DNA of 63,202 bases, filler included, from Pirum gemmata (GCA_002812295.1; 28 parts of 28 records of this genome joined end to end with filler, not necessarily neighbours in it); one strand, 5' to 3'. Counted from the whole stretch's first letter, positions 1 to 11,490 are shown. Program-made: numbers and translations. Notes: generated from the sequence alone by a model not told the origin.

Positions 1-34
<34 letters not shown>

Positions 35-54
35 TTTATCCACCCTATGTATAC

Positions 55-1390
55 AGTCAATTTAATACTCGAAATACTGCAAGAAATGGCTCGAGTTTGA
101 TCGAGTTTGTTACCAAGATTGAACCAGCATCAGTATTTATAGACCGTCCAGCCAATTTAGTGCTGGAAATACTGCAAGAAATGGCTCGAGTTTGATCGAG
201 TTTGATATCGAGATTGACCCAGTGTCAACCAATTGAATACTAAAATATGGAAAGAAATGGTTCGAGCTTGATTGAGTTTAATACCAAGATCGAACCAGCG
301 TCAATATTTATCGACCCAGAGCCAATATTTATCGACCCTATCTATATATCTATAGCCAATTTAGTACTCGAAATACTGCAAAACATAGTTCGAGTTTGAT
401 CGAGTTTGATACCGAGATCGAACCAGCGTCAATATTTATCCAGCCAATTTGCACGGAATACTGCAAGAAATGGCTCGAGTTTGATCGAGTTTGATAATAA
501 GGTTGTCCTAATATCCATATTTGAGAATCAATATTTACCAACGGTCCAACCAATTTAGTGATCGAAATGCTTCAAGAAATGGTTCGAGTTCCGAGATCGA
601 CCTAGCGTCAACACTTACCGACGCTTCATCCAATTTAGTGCTCGATAGATATACTGCAAGAAATAGCTCGAGTTCGATCGAGGTTGATCCACCCCCGTCA
701 ACATTTTTCCGACCAATTTAGTGCTCGAAATACTGCAAGAAATGGTACGGGTTTGATCAAGAGTGGTACCTTGAAGTTTGAACTACAAAAACAAATCCAA
801 AAATAACAGAAAAGAAAAAAAGACTTAAAATATAAATTCCTATATTCTTAGTGCTCACAACAACAACAACAACACCATAAGTGGACCCAGAGTCAATATT
901 TATTAACCCTATGTATAGACAATTTAGACAACGGGTTTGATCAAGAGTGGTACCTTGAAGTTTGAACTACAAAAACAAAACCAAAAATAACAGAAAAGAA
1001 AAAAAGACTTAAAATATAAATTCCTATATTCTTAGTGATCACAACAACAACAACAACACCTTAAGTGGACCCAGAGTCAATATTTATTGACCCTATATAT
1101 AGACAATTTAGTACTCGAAATACTGCAAGAAATGGCTGGAGTTTGATCGAGTTTGATACTGAGATCGAACCAGCATCAGTATTTATTGACCGTCCAGGTT
1201 GATCCACCCACGTCAACATTTTACCGACCCTTCCTTCCTCCAATTTAGTACTCGAAATAATGCAAGGGTTAAGGTTAAGGTTAAGGTTAAGGTTAGGGTT
1301 AGGGTTAAGGTTAGGGTTAGGGTTAGGGTTAGGGTTCGTAATACTGCAAAACACGGGTTGAGTTTGAACAAGTTTGATACGGAGATCAGC
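55..1390. repeat. Degenerate tandem repeat (core AATTTAGTACTCGAAATACTGCAAGAAATGGCTCGAGTTTGATCGAGTTTGATACCGAGATCGAACCAGCGTC), about 10 copies, with a 183-bp direct duplication (747-927 / 930-1110) and a TTAGGG tract
   Basis: Core motif read directly at ~59, 153, 230, 358, 448, 552, 633, 715, 1105, 1242, 1337. Confidence 0.9.
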
Positions 1391-1459
1391 CGAGCCGCCG
1401 ATTTAGCATATCTTACTTGTCCTTAAGTAAAAGAGTGAATAACAGAACAGACGGAAAAA

Positions 1460-1810
1460 ATGTCTTAAATCAACGTATTTGGACTCCTTACGTCACCCAT
1501 TTCGTCATGTTACGTCACTAAATGTAAGCGATGATTAGTTGATATGAGAGCGATCAAAAATTGTATTAATCTTGAAAAAATAAGTTTAGATAAATCAAGG
1601 ACTTTTTTTGAAGTCCTTGGATAAATGTAAAAGATTAGAGAATTTGCAAGGATTTGAAAATCTTACTGATCTTAAAATTTTATACTTACATCATTGTGAC
1701 AATTTAAAAAAATTAACTGAACTCGAAAAACTTACAAATCTGTAATATTTGAATATTATAAGTAATTGTGTTGGTTTACAAAATCCATGGGAACTTCAAA
1801 ATCATAATTT
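1460..1810 (+). pseudogene. Leucine-rich-repeat gene relic
   Basis: Reads VDMRAIKNCINLEKISLDK[31-bp insertion]CKRLENLQGFENLTDLKILYLHHCDNLKKLTELEKLTNL*YLNIISNCVGLQN: repeated LxxLxLxxCxxL LRR pattern, broken by an insertion frameshift and an in-frame TAA. Confidence 0.75.
1596..1619. mobile_element. 24-bp palindromic micro-element CAAGGACTT-TTTTTG-AAGTCCTTG with 7-bp TSD GATAAAT; related copies at 41590-41613 and 49157-49193
   Basis: GATAAAT at 1589-1595 and 1620-1626; 9-bp perfect inverted termini; excision restores the LRR frame (LDK-CKRLE). Confidence 0.8.
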
Positions 1811-2059
1811 TATTGTGTTGTGTTGTGTTGTGCTGTGTTGTAATGTATTGTGTTTTAATGTATTTTATTGTGTTGTGTTGTGTAACTTTGAATATAACAC
1901 ATACAAATTTACCCCAGGAACATTTTCGTAATATTATTGTAACAAATCTTTATACAATGAGATTTAGACTAATTCTGATACAGAATAAAAAAAGGATTAA
2001 TTTTTTTGAATCACGCTACTTTCTAATAATATCCAATTTGTTTGAACTACACTACTTTC

Positions 2060-2090
<31 letters not shown>

Positions 2091-2355
2091 NNNNNNNNNN
2101 NNNNNNNNNNNNNNNNNNNNNNNNNNNNNNNNNNTTAATTAATTAANNNNNNNNNNNNNNNNNNNNNNNNNNNNNNNNNNNNNNNNNNNNAATAAAAGTA
2201 TACAATGATCGTTACTTTGGTTCTTAGTATTATTATAATAATATGGAATGAGTACTGCTGTTATAAGGGTATTATTAAATGTCATATAAGTAATAAATAA
2301 CATTGCTTTTATTATTATTATTAAGTTATATATATATTATGTATGACTTAAAACT

Positions 2356-2554
2356 AGTGCTTGTTTTATTGTGGTTTTTATTTATTTTGTCACTCCGAAT
2401 ATTTATTTGGTTAGTTATAATATTTGTATTGACATTTTTAAAAGAATATAAGAAGAATAAAATATACCAAATTAAATTAAATGGATTTATATTGTATTAA
2501 TTTGGTACTCTTTATTGTATATATTTTTAATGAAAAAACAACAGAAAAGCACGA
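2356..2554 (+). mobile_element. MITE family B copy (degenerate)
   Basis: Contains TTTTGTCACTCCGAATATTTATTTGGTT...AATGGATTTATATTGTATTAATTTGGTAC...GAAAAGCACGA, shared with the complete copies at 38153 and 42608. Confidence 0.75.
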
Positions 2555-3043
2555 TAATACATTTTTAATGATAGAATGGTTCTGCACATGGATGATCTTT
2601 AACAGTTCTTAAGGATGCTTGGTCTTTGCTTCTAGTATTAGTATTAGTATTTTTCAATTAACCAAATTAATTCTAGCTTGATATCGATATTATTCAATAA
2701 TGCGTATGGATTAAATAAAATAATAATTTAGCAACAACAAGAATAACAAGAACAACAAGAATAACAAGAACAACAAGAATAACAAGAACAACAAGAATAA
2801 CAAGAANNNNNNNNNNNNNNNNNNNNNNNNNNNNNNNNNNNNNNNNNNNNNNNNNNNNNNNNNNNNNNNNNNNNNNNNNNNNNNNNNNNNNNNNNNNNNN
2901 NNNNNNNNNNNNNNNNNNNNNNNNNNNNNNNNNNNNNNNNNNNNNNNNNNNNNCAACAAGAACAACAAGAACAACAAGAACAACAAGAACAACAAGAACA
3001 ACAAGAACAACAAGAACAACAAGAACAACAAGAACAACAAGAA

Positions 3044-3074
<31 letters not shown>

Positions 3075-3252
3075 AAGAACAACAAGAACAACAAGAACAA
3101 CAAGAACAACAAGAACAACAAGAAACAACAACAAGAACAACAACAATCCCAAAACAAGACTAACCCTAACCCTAACCCTAACCCTAACCCTACCAAAAAT
3201 TATAAAATTGAATTGAATGTTGTATTTTTGTTACTGAACATGAAAATTTAAT

Positions 3253-3664
3253 TGGATTGTTATTCCAATTTCCAACATTCAATTAGAAAGGAATCTGTTG
3301 AGCCATTGAAATAATTAGTAGAAAATAATCAAGTTAAACCTACATCTGAGGATGTTGATAAAATTTCCTGTATTTCTTATGAAATGCTTAAACTGTTTAT
3401 TAATAATGGCGGTACTTTTACCCTACCCTTACCCTAACTCTAACCCTAACCCTAACCCTAACCCTAGCCCTAACCCTAACCCTAACCCTAACCCTAACCC
3501 TAACCCTAATTGTTATTAAATTATTATAATAATTAATAATTATTATAATACTTTCAATATTTATAATATATGAGATTTAATTTGTAATATTAATACCTAT
3601 AGCTAAAGTTTTGGATCTTGCTGCTAAAAAAAAATTACGATCAATCAAAAACTTAGCGGGCTAA
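3253..3664 (+). pseudogene. Possible ankyrin-like gene fragment (putative intron 3412-3602 containing CCCTAA repeats)
   Basis: SIRKESVEPLK*LVENNQVKPTSEDVDKISCISYEMLKLFINNG|AKVLDLAAKKK; the GT..AG join keeps the frame; ankyrin resemblance judged by eye only. Confidence 0.3.
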
Positions 3665-4173
3665 ATTTCACTAGCGTAATCTAATCAAGGGCGTCCTTGG
3701 TATATTCAGCAACATATTCTATTAAAGTTAACATTTTATAAACGCAATTAGAGTTATAATAACTAAATAAAAACTTAAAATAAAAAATAAAGTCTTATAT
3801 TAATAAAAAATAAAAAATAAAATCCTATTTATTATTTAATTAAAACAATAATAATAATATTAATAAAAAATAAAAAATAAAATCCTATTTATTATTATAA
3901 ATATATACTTGCTCATCAAGGAAGATGACGATGGTAGTTATATCAGGAACGTGTAATTTAAAATGTATACTATTGGGGATGTTTGTTTGTTTTGTTGTGT
4001 TTTGGTTAAGTATGACTTTTGGTTTTTCGTCTAACTTTTTGGAAATAGTCAAGAGAATCGAACTCTATTTATACCCATTTTACAATACAGCTATTGATAC
4101 TTTATTATAACATTGATATTTTGGTTTCATACAAAATACAACGTTGTACTAGAATACCTATTTGTAGGACAGA

Positions 4174-4326
4174 GGTATTCTGAGAATACCTGTTGATAAG
4201 ACAATGGTATTCTGAGAATACCTGTTGATAAGACAATGGTATTCTGAGAATACCTGTTGATAAGATTTATATGACATTGCTATTCTCAGAATACTTGCTT
4301 ATAAGACAGTGGTATTCTTGAGAATA
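4174..4326. repeat. 32-bp minisatellite with 17-bp palindrome GGTATTCT-G-AGAATACC (3 near-exact + 2 degenerate copies)
   Basis: Unit GGTATTCTGAGAATACCTGTTGATAAGACAAT read directly. Confidence 0.9.
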
Positions 4327-4874
4327 TTTTTTGGACTAGGTAGAANNNNNNNNNNNNNNNNNNNNNNNNNNNNNNNNNNNNNNNNNNNNTTAATTAATTA
4401 ANNNNNNNNNNNNNNNNNNNNNNNNNNNNNNNNNNNNNNNNNNNNGTTATTGTTATTATTAATTGTTATTGTTATTATTATTGTTATTATTATTATATTA
4501 TTATATCATTACAGCAACCTACTACTACTAATACCAAACTCAAAATTATCCAGGGTTTCTATTTTCAAATTTAAACTTAATAATCGTGAATTATATTTGA
4601 ATAATCAAGCCATAACCAACAACCCTAACTTTAATAAGAGGTTGATTTACTACTACCCAGAGCGCGTTTTATTACTCCTTCTGTCCAAATACATTATCAA
4701 ATAAATTAAAAACAGGATAACAAGAATACTAAAAACAACATCACCACATATATAATAATACTAATACCAAACTCACAGTTATCCTATTTTCAAATTCCAA
4801 CTTAATCGTCAATTATATTCGAATAACCAAGCCATAACCAACAACCCTAACTTTAATAAGAGGTTGATTTACTA

Positions 4875-5405
4875 TTACCTAGAGCGCGATATTATTCTAT
4901 TAGTTCTGTCCAAACGATATCTCAAATAAATGAAAAACGGGAAAACAAGAATACTAAAAACAACATAACCACATATACTACTAAAACCAAACTCACAGTT
5001 ATCAGTGTCAAAATTGAAACTTTTAGGATCTTTGTCACATAATGTTTCATTCGAGCCTTCTATATTAAAGTCTTGAAGAATTTTGAAAGAAGTCGAAAAA
5101 CAGAAAATAGTAATCAAATAAAAAAGTCCAGAGAATATAATAAACCAATAACCATAACGACGAAATTCTTGATTAAATTGTTTGGCTGCGTAAAACATTG
5201 CTTTAAAGCAAAATAAAAGGCCTATAGTTTGAATTGCACAACCTAATAATAATTAATTAATTAATTGTTATAGTTTATTAATGTTATTGTTATTATTATA
5301 ATATATATATAGCAAAAAAACGACCATTTTTTTCGGAAATTAATTATTACAATGGCGAAAATAACCGTTTTTTTGCTATATATTATATTAATTATTATGA
5401 ACAAC

Positions 5406-5444
<39 letters not shown>

Positions 5445-6116
5445 CAAACAAAACAACAAACAAAACAACAAACAAAACAACAAACAACAACAAACAAAAC
5501 AAAACAACAAACAAAACAAAACAACAAACAAAACAACAAAACAAAACAACAAAACAAAACAACAAAACAAAACAACAAAACAAAACAACAAACAAAACAA
5601 CAAACAAAACAAAACAACAAACAAATCAACAAAACAAATCAACAAAACAAAATAACAAACAAAACAAAAAACAAAACAACAAAAAAACAAATAAAACAAA
5701 ACAACAAACAAAACAACAAACAAAACAAATCAACAAACAAAACAAAAAAACAAAACAAAACAACAAACAAAACAACAAACAAAACAACAAACACCAACAA
5801 CAAAACAACAAAACAACAAACAAAACAACAATAAAACAACAAATTAAAATTAAAAAATACCTGTAAGTCCACATCCATAAGCAGTTTTTAACCTCGTATT
5901 ACTAACACTTCCTTTTTCTTCAATAGAACCACACGACCATTGATCATTTTCATAAAAGCAAATATTAACTAATCCCATCTTAAAACTATGAGGATTACCA
6001 TTATTACTAACAACCCACGAATTTGTCAAAAGTGAAAACAAAGACAAACCAAGCAAACAAACAAGAAAAACAAAAAGTATAAAATGTTTATTTAATTCTG
6101 GACATCTATATTTCTG

Positions 6117-6151
<35 letters not shown>

Positions 6152-6467
6152 CATTATTAATATCATCATTTGAAAAAGTAATAGTAGTACTTTTATCAGC
6201 TTCATTATTATTTGTAGTTTGTAAGTCTGGGTTAGGGTAAGGGTTAGGGTTAGGGTTAGAATTAGGGTTAGAGTTATGTACTACTTCTTTTGTTGGGGGG
6301 TATGAAAGTGGGTTTTGATCATCTTCTACAACAGAAACAAACGATTCAGAACGGTAAACATCAAAATAGTTAGGTTGTGTATAATTACTAACGTTATTAT
6401 CTTGAGTTTGATTTAGAGATTCTTCGTAAGTGGGAGGGCAAGGAGGAGTAGATTGTTTGTTATTCAT
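4875..6467 (-). CDS. Claudin/PMP22-superfamily-like 4-TM protein, ~324 aa, exons 6467-5861 and 5242-4875
   Basis: GT-AG intron 5860-5243 joins the frames (TAYGCGLT-G-CAIQTIGLLF). Four hydrophobic helices; ECL1 W...GLVNIC...C resembles the W-GLW-C-C motif; CEFGFS before TM4; N-terminal PPTY motif. Confidence 0.8.
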
Positions 6468-6826
6468 TTTTGTTTGTTTGTTTGTTTGTTTGTTTTTAAA
6501 TTTTTTATGTTATATTTGGATGAGTTGGGTGAATAATAATTTAATTTTGAAATTGTAAAAAAAAATTAATCAAGAATTTTTTTAAAAAAAATGTAATATT
6601 NNNNNNNNNNNNNNNNNNNNNNNNNNNNNNNNNNNNNNNNNNNNTTAATTAATTAANNNNNNNNNNNNNNNNNNNNNNNNNNNNNNNNNNNNNNNNNNNN
6701 CAACAAAAACAACAAAAATAACAAAAATAACAAAAACAACAAAAACAACAAAACAACAAAATAATAAACAAACAACAAAAAAATGTAATTATTACTAATA
6801 CTTTACTTGTTTTAAATTATTTAAAG

Positions 6827-8615
6827 CCGCTTTTTCGAAGCTTATAAAAGTAGTAATGGAAGGCAACTCCAGCAATCACAACAGTCAACTTATGGGGCCC
6901 CGCTAACTGCGATAAGTATTATTTTGTTGTTTTAGTTCTTTGGTTATGTTTTGGGTTTGGGTTTAGGTTTGGTTTTGGTTATAATTAAGGGTTAAGGTTA
7001 GGATTATTTCTTTCTTGTTGGTGTGATCTTCAGTTGCTGGTTATTATTATTAGTGGGTGTGGTGTGGTGTTGATGTTAGTGTTGGTGTTGGTGTTGGTGT
7101 TGGTGTTGGTGTTGGTGTTGGTGTTGGTGTTGGTGTTGGTGTTGGTGTTGGTGTTGGTGTTGGTGTTGGTGTTGGTTTGGGGGGGGGGATGGATATGCGA
7201 TAAGTATAGTTTGGTTGTTTTAGTTCTTTGAATATGTTATGTTTTAGTTAGGGTTAATGTTAGGATTGTTTCTTTCTTGTTGTTGTGTTCTTAAGTTGCT
7301 GGTTATTATTATTAGTGGGTGCAATGTGGGTGTAGTATTAGTGTTGGTGTTGGTATGGGTGTTGGTGTGGGTGGGTGGACATGCAACAAGTATAGTTTGG
7401 TTGTTTTAGTTCTTTGGTTATGTTATGTTTTAGTTAGGGTTAAAGTTTAAGGTGCTGGTTATTATTATTAGTGGGTGTGGGGTGGGTGTGGGGTGGGTGG
7501 GTTGATATGCGTTAAGTATAGTTTGGTTGTTTTAGTTTTTTGATTACATTATGTTTTAGTTAGGGTTAAGGGTTAAGGTTAGGATTGTTTCTTTCTTGTT
7601 GCTGTGTTCTTAAGTTGCTGCTGGTTATTATTATTAATAGGTGTGGTGGTGGTGGTGGTGGTGGTGTGGGTGGTGTGGATATTCCATAAATATAGTTAGG
7701 TTGTTTCAGTTTTTTGGTCATGTTATGTTTTAGTTAGGGTTAAGGGTTAAGGTTAGGATTGTTTCTTTCTTGTTATAGTGTTCTACCCTAACCCTAACCC
7801 TAACCCTAACCCTAACCCTAACCCTAACCCCTAACTCTAACCCTAACCCTAACCCTAACCCCTAACCCTAACCCTAACCCTAACCCTAACCCTAACCCTA
7901 ACCCTAACCCTAACCCTAACCCTAACCCTAACCCTAACCGTTATTATTAATGGGTATGGTTGTGGGTGTGGTGTTCGTGTTCGTGTTCGTGTGGATGTGG
8001 ATGGGTGGATATGCGATAAGTACAGTTTGGTTGTGTTATGGTTATGTACGTTTTAGTTAGGGTTAAGTGTCTGGGTTAGGAATGTTTCTTTCTTGTTGTT
8101 GTGCTCTTAAGTTGCTGTTTATTATTATTAATGCGTGTGGTGTGGGTGTTAGTGTGGGTGGGTGTGGTGTGGTGTGGGTGGGTGTTTTGCATTTTGTCGC
8201 TTTTTGGGTTTTGTGGTTTTGTGGTTTTTGTGTTTCTGTTGCTTTGTGCATTTGTTGTTATCATTATTATTTTTTAATATTATTTATTATTACTATCATT
8301 TTCATTTTCATTATCATTATTATCACTATTATTTTCAATATCATTACAGTGGTATTATTTAATTACGAATCGTTTATGCAATCCGTATTTATTATTATTG
8401 TTATTGTGGTTTTATTTGCTACTAACTAATATTTATCATATCAAAATTTTATTAGATGATGAAGCTATTGATTATAGTACAAAGTCTGTTCAGTATGATT
8501 TAGTATCACAACAAACCACCACGTCTCTTCCTTCTTTACAATCCTTTTCATCTTTACCATCTTCAGTTGTTTCTAACCTACGGCGACGACGACAAAACAA
8601 CAATTTTCCAGAACC
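6827..8615 (+). CDS. Two internal exons (6827-6915, 8456-8615) of an unidentified protein
   Basis: Branch points TACTAAT (6793) and TACTAAC (8420), AG acceptors, GT donors (GTAAGT at 8616); phases join: [45 protein letters not shown]...FPEP. Confidence 0.6.
6908..8150 (+). repeat. Intronic tandem repeat, ~6 units of variable length, each starting with a copy of the exon-end/5' splice site TGCGATAA|GTAT
   Basis: Unit starts at ~6908, 7196, 7382, 7508, 7682, 8012; GT-rich variable tails. Confidence 0.85.
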
Positions 8616-8643
8616 GTAAGTTTACTATAAAAAAAAGAACATT

Positions 8644-8676
<33 letters not shown>

Positions 8677-8840
8677 ATTATTATTATTATTATNNNNNNN
8701 NNNNNNNNNNNNNNNNNNNNNNNNNNNNNNNNNNNNNTTAATTAATTAANNNNNNNNNNNNNNNNNNNNNNNNNNNNNNNNNNNNNNNNNNNNTTATTGT
8801 TATTGTTATTGTTATTGTTATTATTATTGTATTTTTTTAG

Positions 8841-8908
8841 GACACACCGTTTTAATGTTTATATTTGTTGAAGAGTTAAGATCTCAGTATACTAGATGGG
8901 CACAGTAA
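8841..8908 (+). CDS. Last exon of a mitochondrial carrier (SLC25; oxoglutarate/dicarboxylate-carrier-like)
   Basis: After a TTTTTTTAG acceptor: (G)HTVLMFIFVEELRSQYTRWAQ*, matching the HTVLTFIFLEQ C-terminal helix of SLC25A10/A11-type carriers. Confidence 0.65.
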
Positions 8909-9039
8909 AATAAACAAAACATTTTTATTGGGAAATGCAAACTTGATTGATTTTAAATACGAATCATAAATGTTACTCTACCATTTTTTTAAAAAATAGT
9001 TTGATTATAATATTAAGAAACTGGATGGTAATAATAACT

Positions 9040-10640
9040 TTTATAATGTTGCGATATTGACCCTTTCTGATAACAATTTTTACTATAATGTTACAATTTA
9101 TTGATATATTTACTAACAAATTATTTTTACTATAACGTTACAATTTATTGATAATTTGGCCATTTGTTTATAAATTGTTTTTAATATAACGTTGCAATAT
9201 ATAGATAAATTGGCTATTTATTGGTAAATTATTTTTACTATAACGTTGCAATTTATTGATAAATTGGCTATTTATTGACAAAATATTTTTACTATAACGT
9301 TGCAATTTATCTATAAATTAGCTATTTGTTGACAAATTATTTTTACTAAAATAAATTTATTGATAATTTGGCTATTTACTGATTAATTATTTTTACTATA
9401 ACGTTACAATTTTATTGCTAAATTGGCTATTTATTGACAAATTATTTTTACTGTAGCGTTGCAATTATTTTTACTATAACGTTACAATTTATTGATAATT
9501 TGGCTATTTCTAAATTATTTTTACTACAACATTGCAATTTCTTGATAAATTGGCTATTTATTGATAAATTGTTTAACTATAACGTTACAATTTATTAATA
9601 AATTGGCTATTTATTGACAAATTATTTTTACTATAACGTTGCGATTTATTGACCAATTGGCTTCATTGATAAATTATTTTTACTATAACCTTACAATTTA
9701 TTGATAATTCGGCTATTTGTTGATAAATTGTTTTTACTGTAACTTTCCAATTTATTGATATTTTGGCGATTTATCGACAAATTATTTTTACTATAACTTT
9801 TTAATTTATTTATAGGGTTTTTGGCAACTTTTTTTGGAGGGCAATTCTTTTTTTGGAGGGCAATTCTTTTTTTTTTTGCGTAAAGTGGTTTGGCAAAAAT
9901 CATCGAAATTGACTCTTTTTATTTTTTTTTTCATTGTCAGAGCTCCAGGAGGAGTGGAAACCCTAATTTAGTAATAAAAATATCTTATTTTCAAAAATTT
10001 GAGCTAAAACCACGTTCTAGCAAAAAAAAAAAGAATGATGGACGAAGCATTATTCTTTTATTCCACAACCATGAAAGTTCAAAAAAAAAAAAATGCCCTT
10101 CCACCCTACCAAAAAAAAATTTGATGAAATTATTCGTCAATAATTTTGTTTTGATCAAAAAAAAAAAGTTGCCAAAAACCCTATGATAAATTAACCATTT
10201 ATTGATTAATTATTTTACTATAATGTTACAATTTATTGATAATTTGGCTATTTGTTGATTAATTGTTTTTACTAAAACGTTTCAATTTATTGATAATTTG
10301 GTGATTTATTGACAAATTATTTTCACTATAACGTTGCAATTTATTTATAAATTAACTATTTACAATATGGTTATAATTTATTGATAATTAGCTATTTGTT
10401 GATAAATTGTTTTTACTTTAACGTTGCAACTTATTGATAATTTGGTTGTTTATTGACAAATTGTTTTTACTATATTGTTGCAATTTATTTATAACTTAAC
10501 TATTTATTGATTAATTAGTTTTACTATAACGTTACAATTTATTGATAATTTGGCTATTTGTCGATAAATTATTTTACTATAACGTTGCAATTTATTGATA
10601 AATTGGCTATTTGTTAATAAGTTATTTTTACTACAGCAAA
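9040..10640. repeat. 54-bp minisatellite (ATTATTTTTACTATAACGTTRCAATTTATTGATAAWTTGGCTATTTATTGACAA), ~20 copies, interrupted by a MITE
   Basis: Unit read directly on both sides of 9813-10183. Confidence 0.92.
9813..10183. mobile_element. 371-bp MITE with ~23-bp TIR TAGGGTTTTTGGCAACTTTTTTT
   Basis: Left TAGGGTTTTTGGCAACTTTTTTT, right AAAAAAAGTTGCCAAAAACCCTA; flanks TTA/TGA reconstitute the satellite unit (probable 3-bp TSD). Confidence 0.85.
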
Positions 10641-10820
10641 TGTAAAAAAATAATAGCAAACCAATAAATTTGATTGGTTAATGTTAATGTTATTATTATG
10701 ATTGTTATATGATTATTATAGTAATAGCTGCATGGTCTAGGTATCAGCGTATGGATTGCCTTTATAAAAATTAATTTGTTTGTTAGTAATTTAAATAATA
10801 GTAAACAAACAAATTTGATC

Positions 10821-10854
<34 letters not shown>

Positions 10855-11385
10855 GATTTAGTTAAGAGTTATTATTGGTTGAAAAGTAGTAGTAATAATA
10901 ATANNNNNNNNNNNNNNNNNNNNNNNNNNNNNNNNNNNNNNNNNNNNTTAATTAATTAANNNNNNNNNNNNNNNNNNNNNNNNNNNNNNNNNNNNNNNNN
11001 NNNTAACCATAACCATAACCATAACCATAACCAGAACCAGAACCATAACAATAACCATAACCATAACCATAACCAGAACCAGAACCAGAACCATAACCAT
11101 AACCATGACCATGACCATAACTATAACTATAACTATAACTATAACTATAACCATAACCATAACCATAACCATAACCACAACCATGGCGATAGCCATAACC
11201 ATAACCATAACCATAACCATAACCATAACCATAATCATAACCATAACCATAACCATAACCACCCATAACCATAACCATCACCATAACCATGACCATAACT
11301 ATTAAATTGAAAAAGAAACAACCTCAATAATAGCAGCAAAAGTAATAATTATAATGATGATAATAATATTCTTACTTAAAATTAG

Positions 11386-11490
11386 GATTACAATAGATGT
11401 ATTCAAAACAATAATCAGGATGAAGAAGTTTGTTTTCCTGAATTTCACGCCTTTAACGAATGCTTTGAAAACGTAACCAAGAATATATGA
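11386..11490 (+). CDS. Last exon of a twin-CX9C (CHCH-domain) mitochondrial intermembrane-space protein
   Basis: After AATTAG: DYNRCIQNNNQDEEVCFPEFHAFNECFENVTKNI*, i.e. C-x10-C-x9-C, the last three Cys of a twin CX9C motif. Confidence 0.6.
   Translation, partial: DYNRCIQNNNQDEEVCFPEFHAFNECFENVTKNI

Noticed and set aside
1742..1746. Possible TAA=Gln alternative code suggested by in-frame TAA in the LRR and ankyrin-like relics
   Set aside because: Intact genes (STX18, SCOT, the 480-aa and 209-aa ORFs) have no internal TAA/TAG, and the complete ORFs end in TAA; the LRR is also frameshifted, so it is a pseudogene.
2135..2146. Regularly spaced TTAATTAATTAA motif
   Set aside because: Artificial six-frame-stop linker between N runs; not biological. 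No operon or synteny inference across linkers is valid.
3686..3699. CAAGGGCGTCCTTG as another micro-element copy
   Set aside because: Short imperfect palindrome with no flanking duplication; could be chance.
5261..5878. Many ORFs of poly-LFC/VV/TT/LG/GY type (also 2694, 10948, 13724, 15836, 22453, 48023, 54516, 56807, 60463)
   Set aside because: Translations of microsatellites; several lie inside introns defined above.
6817..6906. Minus-strand terminal exon [29 protein letters not shown]
   Set aside because: The plus-strand reading has a branch point, acceptor, donor and phase match to the 8456 exon, so it is preferred.
9040..10640. 54-bp satellite as an 18-aa coding repeat
   Set aside because: Frequent stops and indels between units; no start or splice signals.
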